From the NCBI GenBank assembly GCA_041485695.1, contig JBGPJZ010000001.1, positions 129,316-193,315 of the forward strand: a stretch of 64,000 bases of DNA. The letters are read 5' to 3'. The notes under the pieces were generated by a model. The model was not told where the DNA came from. It did no database searches and was given only the letters and a program-made list of their open reading frames with translations. A program made the translations under genes and the position numbers. Source of the DNA: Minisyncoccia bacterium. Lineage in GTDB: Bacteria > Patescibacteriota > Minisyncoccia > Phycocordibacterales > Phycocordibacteraceae. Below are positions 46,630-56,544 of this stretch, in pieces (positions within the stretch are counted from its first letter, which is position 1; the number at the start of each line of letters is the position of its first letter).

Positions 46630-48093
46630 TTAATCGGCGCGCCGGGTCAATACGGGGCCCTTGGCCCCGTCGTCCACATGATATCCACTCTTCGCAATAT
46701 CCTCGCGTAGGCGGTCAGCCGTCTTAAAATCTCGCGCTTTGCGCGCAGCCTCTCTCTCTTTCACCAATCCCCGAACTGCATCGGACACGTCATCTGTCTC
46801 GAGCGGAGCTATCGCTGCCGGAGGGTCAACAAGAGAGAGGCCGAGCTGCCTGTCTGCGCTTTCAAACAGGCCCCATTTCTGCTCTACAGTAAGGTCTTCG
46901 TTCTTTATAGCCTCCCAGAGTATGCCTATCGCCTGGGGCGTGGAGAGGTCATCGCGCATGGCAGCGATGAATCGATCGAGCTCGGCAGAACGCTGCGTTT
47001 TCCCCTCTGATTCCTCTTTCAACCCACGTGCATGACGCCACAAGCGGAGAAGAGCCTCGCTTGCCGCAGCAATTGCGTTGTCGGAGTAGGAGAGTTGGGT
47101 GCGATAGTGTGCCTGGAGGAAGAAATAGCGGAGTACGAGCGGGTGATAGCCCTTCGCCACGATGTCCGGGAGATAGACCACGTTCCCGGTCGACTTTGAA
47201 ACCTTCTCTCCCTGCATAGTGAGAAAGGCGTTATGCATCCAGTAACGCACGAAGGTGCGGCCGTTCGCTGCCTCTGATTGGGCGATCTCGTCATTGTGGT
47301 GGATGGAGGCCAAGTCCTCGCCTCCAGTGTGGATGTCGATCTCAATCCCGAGGAGCGCGCGCGACATTGCTGAACATTCGAGGTGCCAGCCCGGGTTACC
47401 ACGCCCCCAAGGCGAGTCCCATTGTTGGAGATCGTGCGGTTTTGCTGTGCGCCAGAGAGCGAAGTCGCTCGGGTGCCGCTTGCCAGCTACAGGCGCTACG
47501 CGCGCGATGGCGCTCTCTTTAATGTCAGCGCCGTGCCGATTGCCGAGCGCTCCGTACGTAGGGAATTTGCTCGTGTCAAAGTAAAGCCCCTCGGGGGTGC
47601 GGTAGGCGAACCCCTTTTCTTCAAGCGTCTTCGCTAGCGCTATCTGTTCTTTGATGTATTCGGTCGCACGGGGGAAGAGGATGTGCTCGATATCGACGTT
47701 GAGGTCGTCAAGGTCTTCGATGAACAGTTTCGCATATCGTGACGCAATCTCGCCCGGTGATTTTTTCTCATGACCGGCGCCAACGTTCATTTTGTCTTCA
47801 CCCTCATCGCCATCTCCGACCAGGTGGCCGACGTCGGTAATGTTGATGACCCGGCGCACGCGATAGCCAGCACTAAGCAATACGCGCGCAATAGTATCTG
47901 AAAAGACTGCCGGGCGCAGATTCCCGATATGCTGCTGGCTGTAGACGGTCGGCCCGCAGGAGTACATCGAGACTTCGCCGGGCTTCAGCGGTACGAAAAG
48001 CTCCTTATTGCTGCTTAAGGTGTTGTGAAAGAAGATGCGCGCCACCGCTCCAGCGCCGGGCTTGTTACTGAAAAGACTCGTGAACCATCCCAT
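46630..48093 (-). CDS. cysS: Cysteinyl-tRNA synthetase
   Basis: CGPTVY, HIGN, PGWHLECS, KVSKS. Confidence 0.95.
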   Translation of the reverse strand: MGWFTSLFSNKPGAGAVARIFFHNTLSSNKELFVPLKPGEVSMYSCGPTVYSQQHIGNLRPAVFSDTIARVLLSAGYRVRRVINITDVGHLVGDGDEGEDKMNVGAGHEKKSPGEIASRYAKLFIEDLDDLNVDIEHILFPRATEYIKEQIALAKTLEEKGFAYRTPEGLYFDTSKFPTYGALGNRHGADIKESAIARVAPVAGKRHPSDFALWRTAKPHDLQQWDSPWGRGNPGWHLECSAMSRALLGIEIDIHTGGEDLASIHHNDEIAQSEAANGRTFVRYWMHNAFLTMQGEKVSKSTGNVVYLPDIVAKGYHPLVLRYFFLQAHYRTQLSYSDNAIAAASEALLRLWRHARGLKEESEGKTQRSAELDRFIAAMRDDLSTPQAIGILWEAIKNEDLTVEQKWGLFESADRQLGLSLVDPPAAIAPLETDDVSDAVRGLVKEREAARKARDFKTADRLREDIAKSGYHVDDGAKGPVLTRRAD

Positions 48094-48100
48094 ACCAGGC

Positions 48101-49018
48101 CTAGAGCCAACGTTTGCGGGCGACAAAGAGCGCGACGATGCCCGAGACGCACAGCATGATACCGACGACTATCCAGAAAGCGTGGGGATTCCGCATAAAC
48201 GGCACGTCGGCGACGTTCATTTCGAAAACATTGGCGATAAGCCCGAGCGGCAAGACGATGAAGCTGATGACCGTCAAGGTCTTCATGATCTCGTTCTGGC
48301 TCGCGGTCAACAGCGACATGTTGCTCTCACGAAGTTCGGTAGCAATCGATCGCAAGGTCGCGATTGTGTGCCCCGTCTGCGCATGCTGGCCGAGAATCCG
48401 TTCCACCCTCGTCTTGAACGAGGAGCCGAATACGCCCTTGCGCATAAGCTCATCGAGGAAGAGCTTAAGAGGGTCCTCCTCGGCAGCAATCGAAGCCTCG
48501 AGATGGAGGAACTCGCGGCTGATTTCAGAGATTGCGCGTATCGCTTCGCGCTCATTGCCTGCGAACATGTCGTGCTCGACCCGCTCTAAGCGCTTACCTG
48601 CATGCGACCCCTCAAGGCGGATGTTCCCAAAGAGGTGGTTGAGGATGAGTTCCAATAAAGCGTCCGCTCCGACTCTTGCATGGCCGTCAATAAGCGCCCC
48701 GGCTTCGAGAAGCTTGCGAAGCTCGTGAACCGGAACGACCACTTCATAGCGTACGGTAAGCACGAAGTGCGCCCCGACGACGAAATCAACCTCCTGTTCG
48801 GCCGGCCGGCCGTCAAGTACCGCCGCAGAAGGGAAGTGGAGCACCAAGAGCGCCGCTGACTCTTCGTAAAGTACGACCGGGAGCGGGGAAGGGGAGATGA
48901 GCTCATCAAGGATGCGTCCGCCAAACCCGAGCTCGCGAGCCACATCGCGCACCTCATCGGCCGTAGGGTTCTCAAGGTCTATCCACTGGCCGTTACTCTC
49001 GCCAAAACGAAATACCAT
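48101..49018 (-). CDS. corA: CorA family divalent cation transporter
   Basis: WIDL.NP, NEIMKTLT, two C-terminal TMs. Signature reads EMN instead of GMN. Confidence 0.85.
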   Translation of the reverse strand: MVFRFGESNGQWIDLENPTADEVRDVARELGFGGRILDELISPSPLPVVLYEESAALLVLHFPSAAVLDGRPAEQEVDFVVGAHFVLTVRYEVVVPVHELRKLLEAGALIDGHARVGADALLELILNHLFGNIRLEGSHAGKRLERVEHDMFAGNEREAIRAISEISREFLHLEASIAAEEDPLKLFLDELMRKGVFGSSFKTRVERILGQHAQTGHTIATLRSIATELRESNMSLLTASQNEIMKTLTVISFIVLPLGLIANVFEMNVADVPFMRNPHAFWIVVGIMLCVSGIVALFVARKRWL

Positions 49019-49074
49019 GTGAAAAGCATACCACGCGTGGTGCAGGTACCTATCGTGATGCTATACTGCCCGCA

Positions 49075-50301
49075 ATGGATTCAGGCCTCACTAGGCGGGC
49101 TGCGGTAGCGGCGCTCATCGCCGTTGTTTCATTTGGGGGAGGGTTCCTTGCGGGCGGCAGCGGGAGTAGCGCAAGCATTGTCTCGCACTTGCCGCTCCTC
49201 GGAGACGGCCTTGATGCGACTCCATCCTCTACCGATCTCGGCGATTTTTGGAAGGCATGGAACGCACTCTCAAGCGACTTCGTGGAAACGCATGCCTCGA
49301 CGACATTGCCGGGAGAGAAAGACAAGCTGTGGGGGGCGATTAGCGGCCTCGCGGCGTCCTACAAAGACCCGTACACCGTCTTCTTCCCGCCTGTGGAATC
49401 GAAAAAATTTCAAGAGAACATCCAAGGTAATTTCGGCGGTATCGGCATTGAAATCGATACCAAGGACGGGATTTTGACCGTCATTGCTCCCTTAAAGGGG
49501 ACTCCCGCCGAAGCTGCTGGTATCAAAGCAGGAGACGCTATCGTGGCGATTGACGGCAAGCCGACCGATAGCATCACGGTTGAGGCGGCGGTGAATCAGA
49601 TTCGCGGCCCTGTGGGTACGTCAGTCACGCTCACCCTGTCTCGCGCGAAGAAAGCTTTCGACGTCAAGGTTGAGCGGGCCACCATACAGGTGCCGGAGAT
49701 TGATGACGGATTGGATGTAGCAAGCAGCGTGTATCATATCGCCCTGTTTGAGTTCACCTCGACCTCGGCGGACCTCTTTACTCAAGCCTTTGAACGTTTT
49801 AAGAAGTCGGGCTCCCACCTCCTTGTCATTGATGTGCGTGGCAACCCGGGCGGGTACCTCGAATCCGCGGTCGAGATTGCGAGCCACTTCCTCCCCAAGG
49901 GTACGACCATCGTGACTGAAGACCATCGCGGCAAGGCTGAGAATGAGGTCCATCGGAGCCTCGGAGACAACGATGTCCCAAGTGGGACGAAAGTCGTCGT
50001 GCTTATCGACCAAGGTTCAGCCTCTGCCTCTGAGATTCTTGCGGGCGCCCTCCAAGATAACGGGGTTGCAAAGCTCATTGGCATGCGTTCATTCGGCAAA
50101 GGCTCGGTGCAGCAGTTAATCCAGATCGGCGAAGGGTCTTTGAAAGTTACGGTCGCACGCTGGCTTACGCCATCGGGCACATCTATAGCAGACGGCGGAT
50201 TGACTCCGGATATCAAAGTCGACCGCACCATCGACGATTTCAACGCAAAGAAAGACCCTCAAATGGACCGCGCTAAAGAGTTTTTGACGACGGGTAAATA
50301 A
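49075..50301 (+). CDS. ctpA: S41 carboxyl-terminal processing protease
   Basis: DPYT, PDZ GIG, D.RGNPGG, SASASEI, FGKGSVQ. Confidence 0.93.
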   Translation: MDSGLTRRAAVAALIAVVSFGGGFLAGGSGSSASIVSHLPLLGDGLDATPSSTDLGDFWKAWNALSSDFVETHASTTLPGEKDKLWGAISGLAASYKDPYTVFFPPVESKKFQENIQGNFGGIGIEIDTKDGILTVIAPLKGTPAEAAGIKAGDAIVAIDGKPTDSITVEAAVNQIRGPVGTSVTLTLSRAKKAFDVKVERATIQVPEIDDGLDVASSVYHIALFEFTSTSADLFTQAFERFKKSGSHLLVIDVRGNPGGYLESAVEIASHFLPKGTTIVTEDHRGKAENEVHRSLGDNDVPSGTKVVVLIDQGSASASEILAGALQDNGVAKLIGMRSFGKGSVQQLIQIGEGSLKVTVARWLTPSGTSIADGGLTPDIKVDRTIDDFNAKKDPQMDRAKEFLTTGK

Positions 50302-50320
50302 GCGTGTATGATAGGTTCAC

Positions 50321-50764
50321 ATGAAAGTTGTAATGCTGAAAGATGTGAAGGGCGTGGGGCGCGCCCATGACACCATCGACGCCTCTGATGGGTACGCGCT
50401 TAACTTCTTGATACCACGCAAATATGCCGTCTCAGCGACTCCAGCCGCGCTCAAATCTGCCGATGAGCGCAAGAAAAAAGTGAATCTTGACCACGAGCTA
50501 CAACTCAAACTAGTTGCTCAAAATATCGCCACCTTGGCTGATGCGCGCATCGTCATTAAGATGAAGGTCAATGAAAAGGGCCATTTGTACGACGCAGTCG
50601 GTGCACCCGAAATAAGTCTAGCGGCTAAGAGGGAAGCGGGCGTCGATTTGCCGGAAGAGGCCATCAAGCTCGAGAAGCCGATCAAAGAACTCGGCACCTT
50701 TGAGGTTCCCGTCTCTGCCGGAGAGAATTTCGGCAAATTCTCCATCATCATCGAAGCCGAGTGA
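50321..50764 (+). CDS. rplI: 50S ribosomal protein L9
   Basis: MKV..LKDV.G.G, GYALNFLIP, PIKELG. Confidence 0.95.
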   Translation: MKVVMLKDVKGVGRAHDTIDASDGYALNFLIPRKYAVSATPAALKSADERKKKVNLDHELQLKLVAQNIATLADARIVIKMKVNEKGHLYDAVGAPEISLAAKREAGVDLPEEAIKLEKPIKELGTFEVPVSAGENFGKFSIIIEAE

Positions 50765-50886
50765 CTTTTTGACTCTCTTCTCTAATTCGCGCGAATAGGC
50801 GAATAGTTTGACAGTTGGATTTTCTTGGAGTTTAATGGTGCTGGACGCATCTATCGCGTAAAAATATCAACGAAGGAGGTGACATC

Positions 50887-51017
50887 GTGAACATCAAAAC
50901 AGGGACAAGTGCCGGTCTCTTTTTTTTGTGATGATTGCCTTTGGGTTGGCGGCGGCTACTCCATGGGCTTTTGTTGCGAGATGGAGCAAGGTGCGCAAGC
51001 TTCCGAACGTAGTTTAA
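50887..51017 (+). pseudogene. Small membrane peptide gene interrupted at a T8 run
   Basis: TTGACA promoter, AAGGAGGT SD and GTG. One extra T at 50920-50927 gives a 43-aa TM peptide ending before terminator 51027-51063. Confidence 0.4.
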
Positions 51018-51062
51018 AAAATCAAACAGCCCGCGCGGGAAACCGCGCGGGCTGAATCTTTT

Positions 51063-51335
51063 TTAAACAACGCTTGCGATTTTTTTGGAGACAATGCGGC
51101 CATCGTAGCGCGTAAAGCGTTTGGAGCGGAAGGAGACTTTACCGGTAGCGATGGAGAAAAGCGTGTGGTCTTTGCCGACCTTCACGTTCTTGCCGGCCTC
51201 GATCTTGGTGCCGCGCTGACGGGCGATAATCATGCCGGGGCGGGCAGAGGCGCCGTCAGCGAGCTTAACCCCGAGATATTTCGGGTTTGAGTCGTTGAGG
51301 TTCTTTGCTGATCCGCCAGCTTTGGTTGATGCCAT
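51063..51335 (-). CDS. rpmA: 50S ribosomal protein L27
   Basis: KAGGS..N..DS.PKYLGVK, RQRGT, GKDHTLF. Confidence 0.96.
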   Translation of the reverse strand: MASTKAGGSAKNLNDSNPKYLGVKLADGASARPGMIIARQRGTKIEAGKNVKVGKDHTLFSIATGKVSFRSKRFTRYDGRIVSKKIASVV

Positions 51336-51354
51336 AGTGGTATAGTTTTACCCA

Positions 51355-51741
51355 ATGACTATAGCAGGGCTCATTGCTCGAGGCAAGACGTTCATAGAGG
51401 GCGCTCCGAGAGATCTTTTCGTCGTTTTGATACTGATTTTGTCGTGTTCCGCGAGCTTCGGCCTTGGCGTCTTGGCCGGCCGAGATTCGGGGGTAGGAGA
51501 GGGGAGCAGCTTCTCCATTTCTCAAATCCCCCTCGCTGCCGCTACGAACCCCGCAAGCATCGCTACGACGAGTATGCCGACGGGCGGCCAGGTCGTCGCT
51601 TCAAAAAACGGCACGAAATATTTTCTTCCCTGGTGCGGCGGTGCGAAACAGATTAGCGATGCAAACAAAATATGGTTTGCATCTAAAGAAGAGGCCGAAG
51701 CCAAGGGATATCAACCCGCTCTCAACTGCAAAGGGTTATAA
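51355..51741 (+). CDS. Membrane-anchored protein with Ada metal-binding-like C-terminal domain
   Basis: VASKNGTKY..PWC...I...NKIWF.S.EEA...GY.P..NC. Confidence 0.75.
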   Translation: MTIAGLIARGKTFIEGAPRDLFVVLILILSCSASFGLGVLAGRDSGVGEGSSFSISQIPLAAATNPASIATTSMPTGGQVVASKNGTKYFLPWCGGAKQISDANKIWFASKEEAEAKGYQPALNCKGL

Positions 51742-51755
51742 TAGAGTGAACGGCT

Positions 51756-52472
51756 ATGAACGAATCATTACCTGAAGACCTTTCGCACGTCATTATCGAG
51801 GGTAGCAAGACCGTGCCGAACGAACGGCCGCTCTTGGTGTGCAAGCCGCACAAGATCGAATCGTGGCGTGTGTTCAAGATCATGTCGGAGTTCGTTGAAG
51901 GGTTCGACCTTATCCGCCGGTATGGCCTTGCCGCAAGCTTCTTCGGCACGGCACGCGCTTCGTTCGAGGACGTCGTCTATCAGCACGCGGCTGAGCTTGC
52001 CGGCCGGCTCTCGAAAAAAGGCTTCGCTATCATCACGGGCGGTGCCTCCGGCGTGATGCAAGCCGCGAACAAAGGGGCTTTTGAAGCAGGAGGAGCCTCG
52101 GTCGGCCTCAATATCGACCTCTCTAAAAGCCAAGGTTACAACCAGTACCTTACCGACAAGATCCAGTTTGAGCACTTCTTCGTCCGCAAGACCATGCTTA
52201 CGTATGCCTCCGAGGTCTACATCTATTTCCCGGGCGGATTCGGCACCCTGGACGAGTTTTTTGAAATCATCACCCTTATCCAGACTGAAAAGATCCGCAA
52301 GGTGCCGATTGTCCTCTTTGGTAGAGCCTACTGGACGCCTTTACTCGACTTTATAGAAAAAACGCTCTATGAGAAGCATAAGGCCATTGATAAGCAGGAC
52401 ATGAGCCTCTACGTGCTTGTAGACTCGGTAGACGAGGCCTATGACTACATCATCAAGAACGTGGAGTGTTAA
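51756..52472 (+). CDS. LOG family nucleotide phosphoribohydrolase
   Basis: ITGG..G.M.AANKGA, FFVRK, PGGFGTLDE. Confidence 0.92.
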   Translation: MNESLPEDLSHVIIEGSKTVPNERPLLVCKPHKIESWRVFKIMSEFVEGFDLIRRYGLAASFFGTARASFEDVVYQHAAELAGRLSKKGFAIITGGASGVMQAANKGAFEAGGASVGLNIDLSKSQGYNQYLTDKIQFEHFFVRKTMLTYASEVYIYFPGGFGTLDEFFEIITLIQTEKIRKVPIVLFGRAYWTPLLDFIEKTLYEKHKAIDKQDMSLYVLVDSVDEAYDYIIKNVEC

Positions 52473-52579
52473 GGGTTAAAGAATTAGTTTAGTGTATAGC
52501 GTCGTAAAAGATATATTGTGCGACTCTATTATAACCAGGGAGCTCGGCTGGCCAAGGCTGGTGTCACCTACCCTCTTTT

Positions 52580-52750
52580 TTATTTATGCGGGATGAAACT
52601 CGTGAGCCAATTCCAAAGCGATACGAGCACATGCCACAGATACGCGAAATTCTCCTGCCCTGCTGGGGAATTGACGATGGACTGAAGGGAAATGCCGAAA
52701 AAGGAGAGCGCTAGGACCCCTACCAGTATCCAAAAAATGAGTTTGAACAT
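52580..52750 (-). CDS. 56-aa small membrane protein (missing from ORF track)
   Basis: MFKLIFWILVGVLALSFFGISLQSIVNSPAGQENFAYLWHVLVSLWNWLTSFIPHK with GGGAGG SD. Confidence 0.65.
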   Translation of the reverse strand: MFKLIFWILVGVLALSFFGISLQSIVNSPAGQENFAYLWHVLVSLWNWLTSFIPHK

Positions 52751-52771
52751 GGGGAAGACCTCCCTACTCTA

Positions 52772-54106
52772 TCATAGGTAGGAGAGCGGATTCAGGTACG
52801 CGTCCTTAGTCGCGACCGGCATCGTTGCATTCGCGCATGGGCTTAGAGCGGTACCGCGAAAGCCGCTTAAGACCATAATCTTGGTGCCCTCGCTTGCGTA
52901 CACGCCAAAGTGGAGGTGGGGCCCGGTCGCATAGCCAGTCATGCCCGAGAGGCCAATCACCTGCCCCGTCCCGACGCTTTCGCCTGCTGAGACATCGATT
53001 TCAGAGAGGTGCGCGTAGAGCGTCGCAAGGCCATCATGGTGGTCAATCATTACCCATTTGCCGAAGGAGTAGCATCCGCGCACGGCGTCCGTGTTGCCAG
53101 TACCGAGTACGGTGCCAGTAAGAGATGCCTCCACAGGCGTGCCGATCGGTGCCCCGATATCGATACCGTTGTGCCCTCCCCCGTTGTAGACCTGCGCATT
53201 GGCGGTGGCAAAAGGCGTATTGCCAAAGTATTGCGTAATACAAAAGACATTGCCGATAACTGATTTTCGCGCCGCGCAATTTTGCATGAAGCCGAGAGAA
53301 AAAGGCCAGGAGAGGAGCCCCGTACCGACCTTGGGCAAGGAGCCGGGATGCACGATAAGGTTCAACTGGCTCTGGAGGTTGAGGAGCTCTTGCTCGAATG
53401 AACGCTCGGCGGCCTGTTTTTGGGCAATGAGTTTTTGATAGGAGCCCTCTTGGTTCTTGGTGTCTGCAAGTAACTGCTGCTGCGCGGCCTTACTCGCGTC
53501 GACCGACTTTTTTTGGAGTGTCAAATCCTTTTGGAGAGAAACGAGTTTGTCTTTAGCCGCTGCCACCTCGTCGCGATTTACGGCGAGCTCCTCGCGAGCA
53601 GTGCGCAACTCGTCGATATCTTTCCCTAACGCGCGGTTGAATTGCTGCACTTCTTCAGTCGCCTGCCACGCCTCCGCTAATGTGCCCGCGGTAAGCATCC
53701 GGGCAACGAGAGGTTGGTCCTCGCTCTCTATAGCGCTGCGTAGGGCTTTAGCTATGGCCGCCTGGTTATCTGCAATCGTCGACTCTTTGTCGCCAATCGC
53801 AACTCCGAGCTGCTCTAGCTGCTGGTTCTGGAATGCGATGTTGTTTTGCGTAATCGCTATCTGCGCGGCAAGCTGCTTTTGCGAGAGGGCGAGAGCGTTG
53901 ATGGTCGACTGAAGCGTATTTTTCTGCTTGCCCAAGGTGTCAAGCTGCTTTTGATAGGCCGTTATTTCATCCTGGAGAGCCTTGATCTGGTCGTTGTGCT
54001 GGGTAATCTGGTTTTGGAGGTCTGAAGTGGACTGCGCGGATGCCGTAAGCGCACCGGCTCCAACGCTTATGAAAAACAACAAAGCAAAAGCCTGTACGCG
54101 AATCAT
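52772..54106 (-). CDS. Coiled-coil plus M23 peptidase (peptidoglycan endopeptidase)
   Basis: Signal peptide, long coiled coil, HNGID, YAHL, TGPHLHF. Confidence 0.9.
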   Translation of the reverse strand: MIRVQAFALLFFISVGAGALTASAQSTSDLQNQITQHNDQIKALQDEITAYQKQLDTLGKQKNTLQSTINALALSQKQLAAQIAITQNNIAFQNQQLEQLGVAIGDKESTIADNQAAIAKALRSAIESEDQPLVARMLTAGTLAEAWQATEEVQQFNRALGKDIDELRTAREELAVNRDEVAAAKDKLVSLQKDLTLQKKSVDASKAAQQQLLADTKNQEGSYQKLIAQKQAAERSFEQELLNLQSQLNLIVHPGSLPKVGTGLLSWPFSLGFMQNCAARKSVIGNVFCITQYFGNTPFATANAQVYNGGGHNGIDIGAPIGTPVEASLTGTVLGTGNTDAVRGCYSFGKWVMIDHHDGLATLYAHLSEIDVSAGESVGTGQVIGLSGMTGYATGPHLHFGVYASEGTKIMVLSGFRGTALSPCANATMPVATKDAYLNPLSYL

Positions 54107-55395
54107 CTATTCAGTATATCAAGGGCGCTGCGTATCCTCGCATTTGATTCGCTCTCACCGAGGATCGAGACGAGCGTAAAAGGGTCGGGTGAGCGCTCCT
54201 GGCCTGACAGGGCGTAGCGCAGAGGCCATAAAACGGCTGCCCTGCCCTCTTGGTCGGCGTAGGGCATAAGTCGTGCCTTCACCTCTTCCGGCGAGGCGTG
54301 ATCAGGTAGAAGGCCGATTAAATCAAGCGAATGCGTAAGATGCGTGGCGGTCTTTCCCGCTTCAGGCTCTTTTCGGAGCAGTGATTCCTTCTCCGGCACC
54401 GGCGTCTCAAAAAGGCAGCGGAGCTCGGTTGCGAGGAGTTCACGAGCCTCTTCAAACGTCTGTGCGCGTTCTTTAAGGAGCGGCACTGCGAGGAGCGCAC
54501 TCGGGTCAAGATCGCCGCGAGCAACAAACTCTTGGTCAGAAAGCTTGCGCATCCAATGCTGGTTCACCGAACGCAGTTTTACTTCGTCAAAAATCGCGCT
54601 GCCCTTGTGCACACGAGCGAGATCGAAGGCGGCAATCAGTTCTTCTTTACTCATGTACTCGCGCTCGTCGCCCGGGTTCCATCCTAGGAAGGCAAGGTAG
54701 TTGAGCATCGCTTCGGGGAGAACGCCCACGTCACGATACTCCGTAAGAGCCTTCGCTCCGCGACGCTTTGACAATTTTGTGCGGTCTGTGCCGAGGATGA
54801 GCGGGAGGTGCGCGTACGCGGGCGTCGAGAAGCCGAGCGCGCGCTGGATCAGGATTTGGCGCGGAGTGTTAGAGATATGGTCTTCACCGCGAATCACATG
54901 CGTCACGCCTTCGTCAGCGTCGTCTACGACGACCGCAAAGTGAAAGACGGGCTCATCAAGCGAGCGCGCGATGACAAAGTCATGAAGCTCGTCGACATCG
55001 ATTGAAATATTGCCGCGTATCACGTCGGCAAAGGTAACGACGCCGCCCGGGTTCTTAAAACGGATGACCTCTTCCCTTCCCCCCGGCTCTTTCGGAGCCT
55101 CCTTTGAGACATACGCGGTGCCTTCGCTGATAAGTTTCTCCAAAAGCTCGCGGTGCCTGCCTGCCTGCTCACTCTGCCTGAATTGTTTATCGGCAGGAAG
55201 CTCGAGCCACGAAAGCGCCTCGAGGATATTGTGCTCGTACTCGGGCTTAGAACGTTCGCGGTCGGTATCTTCAATACGCACAATGAACTCGCCGCCGTGA
55301 TGTTTCGCATACAGATACGCGAACACTGCGGTCCGGTAGTTACCAGCGTGCAAGAAGCCGGTTGGTGACGGGGCAAATCGGGTGACGACGCTCAT
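54103..55395 (-). CDS. gltX: Glutamyl-tRNA synthetase
   Basis: RFAPSPTG, RIEDTD, IRGEDH, KLSKR. Confidence 0.96.
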   Translation of the reverse strand: MSVVTRFAPSPTGFLHAGNYRTAVFAYLYAKHHGGEFIVRIEDTDRERSKPEYEHNILEALSWLELPADKQFRQSEQAGRHRELLEKLISEGTAYVSKEAPKEPGGREEVIRFKNPGGVVTFADVIRGNISIDVDELHDFVIARSLDEPVFHFAVVVDDADEGVTHVIRGEDHISNTPRQILIQRALGFSTPAYAHLPLILGTDRTKLSKRRGAKALTEYRDVGVLPEAMLNYLAFLGWNPGDEREYMSKEELIAAFDLARVHKGSAIFDEVKLRSVNQHWMRKLSDQEFVARGDLDPSALLAVPLLKERAQTFEEARELLATELRCLFETPVPEKESLLRKEPEAGKTATHLTHSLDLIGLLPDHASPEEVKARLMPYADQEGRAAVLWPLRYALSGQERSPDPFTLVSILGESESNARIRSALDILNR

Positions 55396-56531
55396 GATTC
55401 GTGAGAAAGCGCGATATCAAGCACCGCAGTCGCTAAAAGTTTCGCCGCGTCCGGGTCGGCAAACGTGGCGCCTCGCGCGCCCATGCTTTTTGCAAGCTCG
55501 GGATTGCCTGCGATACGCTTCGCTTCAGAGGCAAGCAGGTGCGGCGTGAGGTTGGCCTCCTCAAGCACCACTGCACCGCCCGTGCGCGCGAAGGCGTACG
55601 CATTGGTGCGCTGGTCATGGCTTACGGCTTCGGGTATCGGAATCAGTATCGCCGGCTTCTTCCATATCGAAATCTCCGTAATAGTGCCGCTCCCAGCGCG
55701 CGAGATTACGAGCGTAGCTACTCCGGCTGCCCTTCGGAGCGAAAGCGCTGAAAGGTAGGGGAACGGGTGATACCGCTCTTTGTAGGGGCTCTTTTCAAGG
55801 GCAACCTTAGCTAAGCCCGTTACTTCGGTATAGTTCCCCGTGCCAGTCTGGTGAATAATATTTCCCCACGCCACCATATCGGGGAGTGCGGATACCAAGG
55901 CTTCATTGATGCGTCGTGCTCCAAGGGAGCCCCCGAGAACGAGGATGGTCGGGATACCCGCCTCAAGCTTAAGCTCCTCGCGCGCACCCTCGGTCTCGGG
56001 GTGAAGCAACTCTTTGCGGACAGGGATGCCGGTGCGCGCGATCTTTCCCTGCACTTTCTTAGGGAAATAGTGCGCCGCCTCAGCGTATGAGATAGCGATG
56101 CGCTTCGCGAACCTCCCCGCAAGAAGGTTCGCGCGCCCGGGTTTCGCATCCGATTCATGAATCACCACCGGTATGCGAAAAATGCGTGCTGCGAACGTCA
56201 CTGGCACGCTGGCGTATCCTCCCTTTGAGACGATGACGTCAGGATAGAGGCGAAAGAGCGTTATCAAGGCGGCACAGAACCCCGTGAACGTCGCAAAAAG
56301 GTCAGTGACATTCGAGATGGAAAAGTACCGGCGCCACTTCCCTGCCGGGATGCGGACAAAGACAATCCCGTTTTCAAAAAGCGCTTCCGCATCGAACGGA
56401 TTAGGGCTAAAGAAATAAAGACGCGGGGCGACAAGGCGCTTCTCGCGCACGATATCTTGTATCGCTTCAGCAATCGCGATAAGCGGATAGAAATGCCCCC
56501 CGGTACCTCCTCCCGTAAACACGATGGTCAT
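55392..56531 (-). CDS. murG: Lipid II GlcNAc transferase MurG
   Basis: GGGTGGH, KGGY, HESD, GGSLGA, SRAG, DQ..NA. Confidence 0.95.
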   Translation of the reverse strand: MTIVFTGGGTGGHFYPLIAIAEAIQDIVREKRLVAPRLYFFSPNPFDAEALFENGIVFVRIPAGKWRRYFSISNVTDLFATFTGFCAALITLFRLYPDVIVSKGGYASVPVTFAARIFRIPVVIHESDAKPGRANLLAGRFAKRIAISYAEAAHYFPKKVQGKIARTGIPVRKELLHPETEGAREELKLEAGIPTILVLGGSLGARRINEALVSALPDMVAWGNIIHQTGTGNYTEVTGLAKVALEKSPYKERYHPFPYLSALSLRRAAGVATLVISRAGSGTITEISIWKKPAILIPIPEAVSHDQRTNAYAFARTGGAVVLEEANLTPHLLASEAKRIAGNPELAKSMGARGATFADPDAAKLLATAVLDIALSHES

Positions 56532-56544
56532 ACGAAGAAGTATA

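Noticed and set aside
52490-52580. Possible riboswitch (ACCAGGGAGC...CCTACCCT) after the LOG gene
   Set aside because: No match to TPP, preQ1 or other consensus that I can support. It lies between convergent genes and is likely terminator sequence.
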